This document shows, piece after piece, positions 1 to 8,570 of a stretch of 64,000 nt of DNA (within the stretch, counting starts at the first letter, position 1; every line of letters starts with the position of its first letter). Position numbers and translations under genes: made by a program. The notes under the pieces are model-generated. The model was given only the letters and a program-made list of their open reading frames with translations. It was not told the DNA's origin and searched no databases. This DNA is from an uncultured Pseudomonadota bacterium (GTDB lineage Bacteria > Oederibacteriota > Muellerivitia > Muellerivitales > Muellerivitaceae), in the NCBI GenBank assembly GCA_963836235.1, contig CAWIIP010000004.1, positions 480,001 to 544,000 on the forward strand, written 5' to 3'.

Positions 1-16
1 GACGGGTCGTTTTCTC

Positions 17-1492
17 ATGGGGAATGTTTTTTGGAATCTTTTCGGGCAGTTAATTCCGGCCATTTTTATGCTGCTTTTGACCCCATTGCTTATAAGAGGC
101 ATGGGTGAAGACCGTTTCGGGATATTAGCTTTAGCCTGGGCAACGGTCGGCTATTTTAGCTTTTTTGATTTGGGGTTGGGGTCTGCTGTCACCCAATTAG
201 TGGCGGACGGAATCGCCCGAAAGGAAGAAGTTAAGGCTTATAAGTATGTTTGGAACGCTTTTTGGGTACTTACTTTTTCGGGCGTGGTCGCGGGCGTGTT
301 GCTTTTCCTTTCAAGCCCTTTGATCGTAAGTCATTTATTAAAGGTGGACACGGGCTTTCAAAATGAAGGCTTAAGAGCTTTTCGGGTTATGGCCTTTGGG
401 CTTCCGCTGGTGATGATGTCCAATGTTCTCAATGGGGTATTAACCGCCCACCATTGGTTTAAAGCCATCAATCTGGTGGCTATTCCGCAGGGAATTTTGA
501 ACCTTCTGGGGCCTCTTCTTGTTTTAACTTATACGAAAGACCTGGGTTGGATTGTTTTTTCACTTGTCCTTGTGAGGTTTATAGGCATGCTTTGTTACGG
601 GTATTTTTGTTTTGCTTGGATTCCCGGGTTGAAAAGCCCCGTTTTTGCCGATAGAAACACCCTTAAACGTCTGTTGGGTTTTGGCGGGTGGATGACTATT
701 GAAAACATCATAGGGCCCACCATGGTCACATTTGATCGATACGTGATAGCTTCCATGGTTTCCATCGCCGCGGTCACTTACTATGTTGTTCCGTACCAAG
801 TTATTACTAAACTTTGGCTTTTATCGGCTGCCGTTATGAAGGTGCTTTTTCCCGCCTTTTCCGCGAGCCACCAAGCTGACCCCACAAAGGCCCAAAATCT
901 TTATAAAACCAGTATTAAATATTTGTTTTTAATCATTTTTATTCCCGCTTTTTTCGCGGTCGTTTGGGCGCCTAATCTTTTAAACCTTTGGCTGGGCAAG
1001 GATTTTTCGAATCATAGCTACATGGTCATGCAGATCCTTGGTGTTGGTATTTTCGTTAATGTCCCGGCCCAAGTCATTTTCGCTTATTTGCAGGGCATGG
1101 GAAGGCCGGATCTGATTGTAAAAAGGCTATTGTTTGAAATGCTGGCCTATTATCTTCTTTTAGTCATCTTGCTTAATTGGCTGGGAATAGTGGGCGCGGC
1201 TTGGGCTTGGGCGGGGAGAATTTTGCTTGATGATTTGTTGCTTTTTGGGATTTTGGAAAAACAAATAAAGCCACTCAAGATTTTTCACCGGCAGCTATGG
1301 ATGTGGTTGATTTTCGTGGTTGTCGTTTCAACCGTTTCCGCTTTGGTCCCCGGTTTTTTATTACGGACCGCGGTAGGAGTTTTTTGTTTGACGGTTACCA
1401 GCGCCTTAATCTGGTTTAAGTTGTATGAGGCGAGAGACCGGACGGCCCTTATTCAAAATATGACGAACATTTTGAAGGAATTTAAAACTTAA
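17..1492 (+). CDS. wzx: Polysaccharide flippase (Wzx, MOP superfamily)
   Basis: 491 aa with many TM segments; N-terminal WNLFGQ...LGEDRFG-like segment, FDLGLG, DRYVIA and WLGIVGAAWA motifs typical of Wzx. Confidence 0.9.
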   Translation: MGNVFWNLFGQLIPAIFMLLLTPLLIRGMGEDRFGILALAWATVGYFSFFDLGLGSAVTQLVADGIARKEEVKAYKYVWNAFWVLTFSGVVAGVLLFLSSPLIVSHLLKVDTGFQNEGLRAFRVMAFGLPLVMMSNVLNGVLTAHHWFKAINLVAIPQGILNLLGPLLVLTYTKDLGWIVFSLVLVRFIGMLCYGYFCFAWIPGLKSPVFADRNTLKRLLGFGGWMTIENIIGPTMVTFDRYVIASMVSIAAVTYYVVPYQVITKLWLLSAAVMKVLFPAFSASHQADPTKAQNLYKTSIKYLFLIIFIPAFFAVVWAPNLLNLWLGKDFSNHSYMVMQILGVGIFVNVPAQVIFAYLQGMGRPDLIVKRLLFEMLAYYLLLVILLNWLGIVGAAWAWAGRILLDDLLLFGILEKQIKPLKIFHRQLWMWLIFVVVVSTVSALVPGFLLRTAVGVFCLTVTSALIWFKLYEARDRTALIQNMTNILKEFKT

Positions 1493-1570
1493 GGCTTTCT
1501 CTTAAAAGATCCAATACTAAGAAAAGAAAGCCTGGGCTTATTCAAGAAAGGCTATAAATTGGGGCGCGCC

Positions 1571-2365
1571 ATGCCGAAAGAGACCTGTTTAATATTGACT
1601 GCCACCATTGATCCCGATGGTATGGATCAGTTGGTCATAACAAATCCCGAAATACGACTTCGGCAATACAGAGAGGCATTTCGTCTATTTCTCCTTGATG
1701 AGGCGGTAAATCGGATTGTTTTTTGCGAGAACAGCGGGCATGACCTAAAGGAATTGCGGCAAGCGGCTTCATCGCATAGCCGGCCCGGGTTGGAAATTGA
1801 ATTTCTGAGTTTTAAAAGCCCGAAATTTCCCCGCCGATTAGGCAAAGGCTACGGAGAGATGTTGATACTTACCACGGCTTTCAAACGGTCGCGGCTGATT
1901 CGATCCTCCGAATGGTTCGTCAAATGCACCGGCCGGCTTCATGTCCGGAATTTTGAGCGGTTTGTACAATTCTTCGCGAAACAGGATAGGCCGGATGTTT
2001 CCTCTGATTTGTCCGCCAATTTGGCTTTCGCGGACTCAAGGTTTTTCTTTTTTAAAAGGCCCTTTTTCCAAAAACTAAGTGGATATCAAAATTGGCTTGA
2101 TGACAGCCGGGGCCAATTTTTTGAGCATGCCCTCGCCCGGACGGTCCATCAAGAGATCGCCACGGGAGGGCGATGGGAACCCTTGCCCTGGTTACCCCGT
2201 ATAAAGGGTTTTTCCGCCACGAAGGGAGGCGTTTATAAATCTAATGCCTTTTCTTATTGGCCACGGGAAATGCGTTATCAGATCAAGCGTTGGGCCTATG
2301 GGATTTCCCCCTATGGAAAATCCTATTCTTTTTGGCCTGAAAATCCGGAAAAACTAACTAAATAG
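1571..2365 (+). CDS. Conserved hypothetical protein of polysaccharide loci (possible glycosyltransferase-like fold)
   Basis: Motifs LILTATIDP, IVFCENSG, GKGYGE, KCTGR; ATG at 1571 preferred over TTG at 1559. Confidence 0.6.
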   Translation: MPKETCLILTATIDPDGMDQLVITNPEIRLRQYREAFRLFLLDEAVNRIVFCENSGHDLKELRQAASSHSRPGLEIEFLSFKSPKFPRRLGKGYGEMLILTTAFKRSRLIRSSEWFVKCTGRLHVRNFERFVQFFAKQDRPDVSSDLSANLAFADSRFFFFKRPFFQKLSGYQNWLDDSRGQFFEHALARTVHQEIATGGRWEPLPWLPRIKGFSATKGGVYKSNAFSYWPREMRYQIKRWAYGISPYGKSYSFWPENPEKLTK

Positions 2366-2560
2366 TAGAACCCAGGATTAGAGAATTTATAATGCCTTTC
2401 GTTAATCCCTAGGATTCTTTGGCGAACCTTAGATTCAAAGAAAAAATAATAAAGGTGTTGTGGCTGTGGAGATTTTGGGCGAATGTAGGAGCCTCTTCTT
2501 TAAACTTCCGCAAGGTTTAGTTTGATAGCTACTGGTACAAACATTTTCACTGGATAATAA

Positions 2561-3718
2561 ATGGCCTTATACCTCCTATTCTTGCTGCCCGCTTTTTTGA
2601 CCTTGTTTTTGAGTTCGCGGATGGATTCGTTTCGTCTTTTCTGGATTTGGTCATTCATGTCCGTCCTACTTTGCTTATTGGCCCCGAATGGCAGCCAGGA
2701 TTTTAAAAATTACGTTATCGATTACGATTTCGTGAAAAACTTCACCCTGGATAAGGTGGTGACCAAAGACCCGTTGTTCTCTTTGACTACCTATTTTTTT
2801 TCCAGTTCCGGCGTACCGGCGAGTTTTTTTTTATTGAGCCTGGCATGCCTTGCCTTGGGATTGAAATTGGGAGTGGTATCCCAATTGAGCCGCCACTCAC
2901 CTTACGCGATCATTTTTTATGTTTCGTCCTATTTTTTTCTCCATGAATTCACCGAAATAAGAGTCGCTATCGCGATTGGATTCTGGATGTTGGGCTTGCC
3001 TTATTTGATCTCGAACAAGCGAATTTATTATGGGATGGTCTTTTTGGCCATGTTGATTCACTTGCAGGTCGCTGTCGCCGTTCTGATTCCTTTGATGCAG
3101 TATTTATTTTCCACCAAAAGAGGAAGGGTTATCCTTCTGTTTTTGGCCCTTGGGATGATTTTACTGTCACCGACCATGATTTTTGATAGTTTTGGTAAAA
3201 CCCTTCTGGGGCATATTCCAGACGCCCGCGCGGGTGTCTATTTAAAAATGAGCAATCAAGGAATTTGGGTCCGCCCCAACCCTTTTAGCGTCGTATCCCT
3301 TCTGGCGATTGTAACCGCGGGGTTCATTTTCCGAAAACATTGGGAAGAAAGTGCTGGGTTTTGGCGTAATAACTTCGAAATTACCTGTGCGATCAGCCTT
3401 TTGACCGGTGTTTTGTGCCTGGCGTTATTTTCCTCGGTTTCCGTCGCGGCCCTTCGATTAAGCGAATTCTTTTTTTCCTTGCTTCCCATCGCCCTATCCT
3501 TCGCGTTGAACGACCTCAAAAATAAGTTTATCCGGTTAGAGGTTGTCCTGTTATTAACGGCTGTTTTTTCTTTTATTTTCATTTATCACTCGCCTCTTTT
3601 GATCGAACCGGATGGTGTGGGGAATAGCCCGGGGGTATTCTTCTTATGGTTTGTTTTTCTACTTTTGACCCTTGTCCCTTATCCCTCCATCTTCCGTCAG
3701 CAAAAAAAAACGGTTTGA
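2561..3718 (+). CDS. EpsG/Wzy-family polysaccharide polymerase
   Basis: Multi-TM 385 aa; DFKNY, KDPLF, EIRVAIA, IHLQ and RLSEFF motifs typical of EpsG. Confidence 0.8.
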   Translation: MALYLLFLLPAFLTLFLSSRMDSFRLFWIWSFMSVLLCLLAPNGSQDFKNYVIDYDFVKNFTLDKVVTKDPLFSLTTYFFSSSGVPASFFLLSLACLALGLKLGVVSQLSRHSPYAIIFYVSSYFFLHEFTEIRVAIAIGFWMLGLPYLISNKRIYYGMVFLAMLIHLQVAVAVLIPLMQYLFSTKRGRVILLFLALGMILLSPTMIFDSFGKTLLGHIPDARAGVYLKMSNQGIWVRPNPFSVVSLLAIVTAGFIFRKHWEESAGFWRNNFEITCAISLLTGVLCLALFSSVSVAALRLSEFFFSLLPIALSFALNDLKNKFIRLEVVLLLTAVFSFIFIYHSPLLIEPDGVGNSPGVFFLWFVFLLLTLVPYPSIFRQQKKTV

Positions 3719-3781
3719 TGGCTATGTGTTTTGGCGTCGCTTAGTATTTAAAGTTAATTTGGAATTTGAGGAAGTTGGCGC

Positions 3782-4564
3782 TTGTCCGGGAAAAACGCGT
3801 TAAAGGAAGACATGAAACGTTCCAGCGGGCCGATCTTATCCTTTGTTCTTGCCATCAAAGATCCCATCGAAGCCCAATTCGATGCCTGCGTTTGTTCCAT
3901 GGCGGCATTAAAAAACTCGTCCCGTTTTGATTTAATCGTCGTATCGGCCGGAACAACCCCCAAAATCAACCCGACGGTTAAGAAAAGATTGCATAAGGTA
4001 ACGGTAATTCGGCAAAGGCCTGAGGGTGTTTACTCCGCCTACAACAAAGGGCTGGATTACGTCAAAACCGATTATGTCATGGTCATTGGGTGTGACGATC
4101 TCCTATTGCCCGGACTTGACGATGTGATTGACGCGATCCCACAGGATAGAAAGCCTCACCTGATAGCCGCCTGTTCCTTGATGCAAAACGTCGGAATTTC
4201 AAGGCCCAGCCGCTTTAGGTGGGGGTTGGTATTCCGGAATTGGTGCCAGCAAGGATTGCTCTACCGGTCCGATGTTTTTAAACATAAACGTTTCGATCCA
4301 AAGTATAAAATACAATCCGACCATAAATTCAACATGGAACTGGTGTCGGATGCCCGGACGGAGATTCTCCGGCGGCCTGAAATTGTCGTCCATTTTTCCC
4401 ACCAGGGTTTATCTTCCTCCATTGATTGGGCTTTCATGAAAGACATGCCATCCATCGTGCGTTCCTGCTATGGGAATTTTTTCTGGATGGCCGCCTTGAT
4501 GAAAAGGACGCTTGGCAATCTCGTCAAAGGGCGGTCCATGCCTAACATGAAGTCTTCCGCTTAA
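3782..4564 (+). CDS. Glycosyltransferase family 2
   Basis: GVYSAYNKG, GCDD and SDHKF motifs; start may be ATG at 3812. Confidence 0.8.
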   Translation: MSGKNALKEDMKRSSGPILSFVLAIKDPIEAQFDACVCSMAALKNSSRFDLIVVSAGTTPKINPTVKKRLHKVTVIRQRPEGVYSAYNKGLDYVKTDYVMVIGCDDLLLPGLDDVIDAIPQDRKPHLIAACSLMQNVGISRPSRFRWGLVFRNWCQQGLLYRSDVFKHKRFDPKYKIQSDHKFNMELVSDARTEILRRPEIVVHFSHQGLSSSIDWAFMKDMPSIVRSCYGNFFWMAALMKRTLGNLVKGRSMPNMKSSA

Positions 4565-4660
4565 AACCCTTTTTAGAATGGGGCGGTTTATCGAAAAGAA
4601 TATGGCCTTTATTGGCGGGCTAAAACGCAGGGCAGCTCGCCATCGAAAAGTGAAAACTCA

Positions 4661-5395
4661 ATGAAAACAAGCGTTTGCATGGCGGTTTATAACGGTTCCG
4701 AGTTCTTGAAAGAACAGTTGACCTCCATTTTAAGACAGATTAAAAAATCGGATGAAGTCGTCATCGTGAACGACGCGTCCCGGGATCATTCCTGGCAGGT
4801 TATCGAAAAGATAGGGGATAAAAGAATAAGATTGTTCCATAATCCCGTAAATTTGGGGCTCATTCGAAGTTTTGAACGGGCCATAGCCCTTGCGGACGGC
4901 GATATCTTGTTTTTATCGGATCAGGATGATGTATGGCTTAAGGGAAAAGTTTCCAAAACACTCGAGGTCTTTAAGCGCTTTAAGCCCCTTGTGGTAGTAT
5001 CGGATGCCGTTCTGGTGGACGCCCAAAAAAAAGTGATCGAAAAATCCTTTTTTTCCATGAGAAATAGTGGCCCCGGAGTTTTCAAAAATATTTATAAAAA
5101 TACCTATATCGGCGCTTGCATGGCTTTTGATTCTAAGGTGAAAGAGTGGATATTGCCCTTCCCTAAAACCATTACGATGCACGATGAGTGGGTGGGAGTT
5201 ACTTGTAATTTTGTGGGCAAGGTTTTCTTTTTTAAAGAACCTCTGATTTATTACCGCCGGCATTTAGGGACTGTGACCAAGGAAAGACGGCTTAAAATGA
5301 ATAAAGTTGTCTTGAATCGAATCAAGTTCTTGATGGCTTTTTTCCAAAGATCGTTGAAACTATTAAAGTGGCGTTGGAAAACTCATCAAGCTTGA
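4661..5395 (+). CDS. GT2 glycosyltransferase (rhamnosyltransferase-like)
   Basis: SVCMAVYNG, NDASRD, LSDQDDVW, HDEW, YRRH. Confidence 0.9.
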   Translation: MKTSVCMAVYNGSEFLKEQLTSILRQIKKSDEVVIVNDASRDHSWQVIEKIGDKRIRLFHNPVNLGLIRSFERAIALADGDILFLSDQDDVWLKGKVSKTLEVFKRFKPLVVVSDAVLVDAQKKVIEKSFFSMRNSGPGVFKNIYKNTYIGACMAFDSKVKEWILPFPKTITMHDEWVGVTCNFVGKVFFFKEPLIYYRRHLGTVTKERRLKMNKVVLNRIKFLMAFFQRSLKLLKWRWKTHQA

Positions 5396-5409
5396 AATGT
5401 TTTTAAACA

Positions 5410-6252
5410 ATGCCTCAAAAACAAGTAAATGGATTCACTTCTATGGACGCACTGGTCGATGTAGGGATTATCTTTACCTATGAACGGAATTTCCTAGTTC
5501 CGCTTTTAAAAAGCCTTCCTGGGGCTTGCGGAAGCACACCGTCGCGCCTGATTCTCGTCGACAACAACTCGGGCGCGGATTTGTCCGAGTATGTGACGAT
5601 GGCGCATCCGATTCCGGTTAAAGTTGTTAAAAATCCAGCCCGCCTCAATTATTCCAAAAACCTCAACGTGATCCTCAATAACTCTGACGCTCCATATGTC
5701 TTACTCATGAACACGGACATGCTGTTCGTGGAAGGGGACCCCTGCTTGGACAAAATGGTCCGCTTTATGGAATCCCACCCGGATTGTGGCCTTTCCTGCT
5801 GCCGCCTCATCGGAAAAGAAGGCCAGTTTATGTGGCCCGCCAGGAGATACCAAACACTGGGCACGGTTTTGTCTCGAAGGCTTCCTTTCTTTTTTAACAG
5901 CGAAAAGAGAGTGACCGAATATCTTTACCAACATATGGACCAAAAGGATAGTTTCGATTGTGACTGGGTTTCGGGCTGTTTCATGATGGTGCGGAGAAAG
6001 GCCTTCGAGCAAATCGGACCGGTCGACGAAAAATTCCAGAAATACTTTGAGGACGTGGATTATTGCGCCCGAATGTGGGCCGCGGGCTGGAAAGTGGCCT
6101 ATCACGGGGAAACCACCTGTGTTCATTTGGAGCAAAGGGCCAGTAAGAACCTGTTTTCCAAGGACGCTTTCCACCATCTCAGGAGCTATTTCTATTTCCT
6201 GCTCAAGTGGGGTTTTCGAAAGTTAAAAGGGTCCGAAAATGAAAGATCCTAG
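5410..6252 (+). CDS. GT2 glycosyltransferase (WbbL-like)
   Basis: VDNNS, LLMNTD, DWVSGCFM, YFEDVDYC. Confidence 0.9.
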   Translation: MPQKQVNGFTSMDALVDVGIIFTYERNFLVPLLKSLPGACGSTPSRLILVDNNSGADLSEYVTMAHPIPVKVVKNPARLNYSKNLNVILNNSDAPYVLLMNTDMLFVEGDPCLDKMVRFMESHPDCGLSCCRLIGKEGQFMWPARRYQTLGTVLSRRLPFFFNSEKRVTEYLYQHMDQKDSFDCDWVSGCFMMVRRKAFEQIGPVDEKFQKYFEDVDYCARMWAAGWKVAYHGETTCVHLEQRASKNLFSKDAFHHLRSYFYFLLKWGFRKLKGSENERS

Positions 6253-6319
6253 ACATTGGCGGGGACACCATGGATTTTGATTTCTTTCGGCTTTTCTTAA
6301 AGTTGAAGGAAAAATCGGA

Positions 6320-6913
6320 GTGAGCCTGTTCAAAAAAATAGGCGCGCTGGCGTTTTTTTTCCTGACAGTGTTGTTGGTTCAATGGGGTTATTTCGTGTCG
6401 GTTTATTCTTCTGTGGTCCAAAATTCTTCTTCCGTCGAACTCATGGTGGTTTACAGCGGCTATACGACTCTCTTTCAAGTATGGGATAAAGCCAATGAAT
6501 TTAAACCGGCCAAACTCCTGATTTCAGGAGTCGATTGGCCCATGAATGAAATCACGGCAACCCGGCCCAAGGAGTGGATCTCTCCCAAACTTTTGGTGGA
6601 GGGCCGAGCCCGAACCACGGATCAGAATGCCAGGTATTCGGCTCCTCTCATTCGAACTTCGGGAGTGAATTCGATAGTATTGTTACGTCCCTGGTTTCAC
6701 CTGCCCCGGGCCCTTTTTTTGACGAGGCTTTACCTCCGGGGAAGCGGCATTCAAGTGACGCCAGTTTTTCTCGGCGGTCTACCGGCCGATTGGTGGCTTC
6801 GGAAAGAATTTTGGTTTGAGATGATCAAGTTTTGGGGAAGCCTGTTCAGGGTTGGTTTAGCCGGGCTTGGAATCGAAGAATGGCCGCAACATTTGGGGAA
6901 ATGGAGTTTTTAA
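6320..6913 (+). CDS. YdcF/DUF218 (ElyC-like) family protein
   Basis: N-terminal TM; LLISG, EGRARTTDQNA, FHLPRA motifs. Confidence 0.8.
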   Translation: MSLFKKIGALAFFFLTVLLVQWGYFVSVYSSVVQNSSSVELMVVYSGYTTLFQVWDKANEFKPAKLLISGVDWPMNEITATRPKEWISPKLLVEGRARTTDQNARYSAPLIRTSGVNSIVLLRPWFHLPRALFLTRLYLRGSGIQVTPVFLGGLPADWWLRKEFWFEMIKFWGSLFRVGLAGLGIEEWPQHLGKWSF

Positions 6914-7018
6914 ATAACCCGCCGTGCCGAACCGAAACCAGCGCGGAAGGGTGATTGGAAAGAGGCGAGTGTCATATGATGCTTCTGGAAACAAATAAGC
7001 GGATGGGAACAAAAGGCA

Positions 7019-8254
7019 ATGCCTAAAATTTTGGTTTTATGTGAATACTATCATCCGGACGATGTCGCGGCGGCCAAGTTTTACACGGACTTTTGTGAGG
7101 GCCTCACGGATAAAGGCTGGGAAGTGGAAGTTTGGCCCGCGAACCGCAGCTGCCACCATTATCAAGACCAATATCCTCTTCAAAAGGAAGACCGCAATGG
7201 CGTCGTCGTCAGGCGGATCTGGCGTCCCGCCTGGCGCCAACATTCCTTTTGGGGCCGCATCCTTAATTCCCTTTGGACCCAAAAATATTGGTGGTGGCGG
7301 CTCGCCTTTTCGTTCGGCGTCAGGCCGGACGTGATTCTCACCGGAACGGCCCCTCTTTTCGGCATCCTGCTTTCCCCTTTCTTGAGGTTTCTCAGGCCGA
7401 AAGCCCGGATCGTTCATTGGTGTTTCGACCTCTATCCCGAAATCGCGATCGGCGACGGCCTGATTGCCGAAAAGGGAATCATCGCCAAAGTGATCCGGTT
7501 CTTCCTAAAAAGGGCCTACCGCTCCTGTGATCTCGTCGCGGATTTGGGCCCCTGCATGGGGCGGCTTTTAAACCGATATTCCACTAAGCCAAGCGTGACC
7601 CTGAATCTCTGGTCCACGCTGGAACCTCCCGAGCGCTTGGCTTATGAGAGTTCCGAGAGAAGGGAAATCTTCGGGGAAAGCTCCTTAGGCCTCTTTTATT
7701 CCGGAAGTTTTGGAAGGGGACATGATTTTTATTTGACTTTAAAGTTGGCCCGTCTGATGCGTGGCTCCGCCATTTTCACTTATAGCGACCGGGGAAGCCG
7801 CCTGAATGACTTGAAAGGGGCGGTCAACCCGGAGGACACCAACATCCGTTTCGCCCCCTTCGCGCCACCCGACCGCCTTTTAGCGCGGTTATCCGCGCCT
7901 GATGTCCAGATTGTTTCATTAAGGCCCGAATGGTCCGGGATGATGGTGCCGTCCAAGTTTTTTGGCGCCCTGGCCGTGGGCAGGCCCGTTTTGTTTGAGG
8001 GCAGCGAGGATTCCGACATCGCCTTGTGGATCAAGGAATATGGGTTGGGCTGGGTTTTAAAGGCGGATAACCTGGATTTCGTTGCGGAAGAACTTCTTCG
8101 TTTTTCGAAAAATCAAGACCGAAAAAACGACATGTTCAAACATTGCCATGAAATCTACCAAGCCCATTTCACCAAAAAAGCCGTCATGGACAAGTGGGAT
8201 TATGAGTTGAGAGCCCTCCTTTCCCCAACGCCACTCACCAACCAAGAAAAATGA
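7019..8254 (+). CDS. GT4 glycosyltransferase (WbuB-like)
   Basis: EYYHPD, DLYPE, YSGSFGRGH, VPSKFFGALAVGRPV. Confidence 0.9.
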   Translation: MPKILVLCEYYHPDDVAAAKFYTDFCEGLTDKGWEVEVWPANRSCHHYQDQYPLQKEDRNGVVVRRIWRPAWRQHSFWGRILNSLWTQKYWWWRLAFSFGVRPDVILTGTAPLFGILLSPFLRFLRPKARIVHWCFDLYPEIAIGDGLIAEKGIIAKVIRFFLKRAYRSCDLVADLGPCMGRLLNRYSTKPSVTLNLWSTLEPPERLAYESSERREIFGESSLGLFYSGSFGRGHDFYLTLKLARLMRGSAIFTYSDRGSRLNDLKGAVNPEDTNIRFAPFAPPDRLLARLSAPDVQIVSLRPEWSGMMVPSKFFGALAVGRPVLFEGSEDSDIALWIKEYGLGWVLKADNLDFVAEELLRFSKNQDRKNDMFKHCHEIYQAHFTKKAVMDKWDYELRALLSPTPLTNQEK

Positions 8255-8570
8255 GACATCAAAAGATGAAGGATCCATTGCCCGAATGTGATGAAAGCCG
8301 GGGACGCCGGACTTTTAGGTCCGTCACGGCTAGTTTTTGGTGAGGTGCTCCTTTTCGTTGATAACCCCCCGCCAGCTTCGCGCCTTTTGGGTAACCGCCA
8401 ACCATTAAAAAACGGACAATTTATGGGCTATGAACCGCTTGGGTTAAAGCGAAAACCTTTTTTTCCTAAAATTTTATTTGACGAAAAACATTTTTTGGAA
8501 ATATCCTCCCCGCCATCAAGCTTCTTTAAAAATTTCATGGGCTTGAAATTTATTTTCTGGAGGAACGTTT

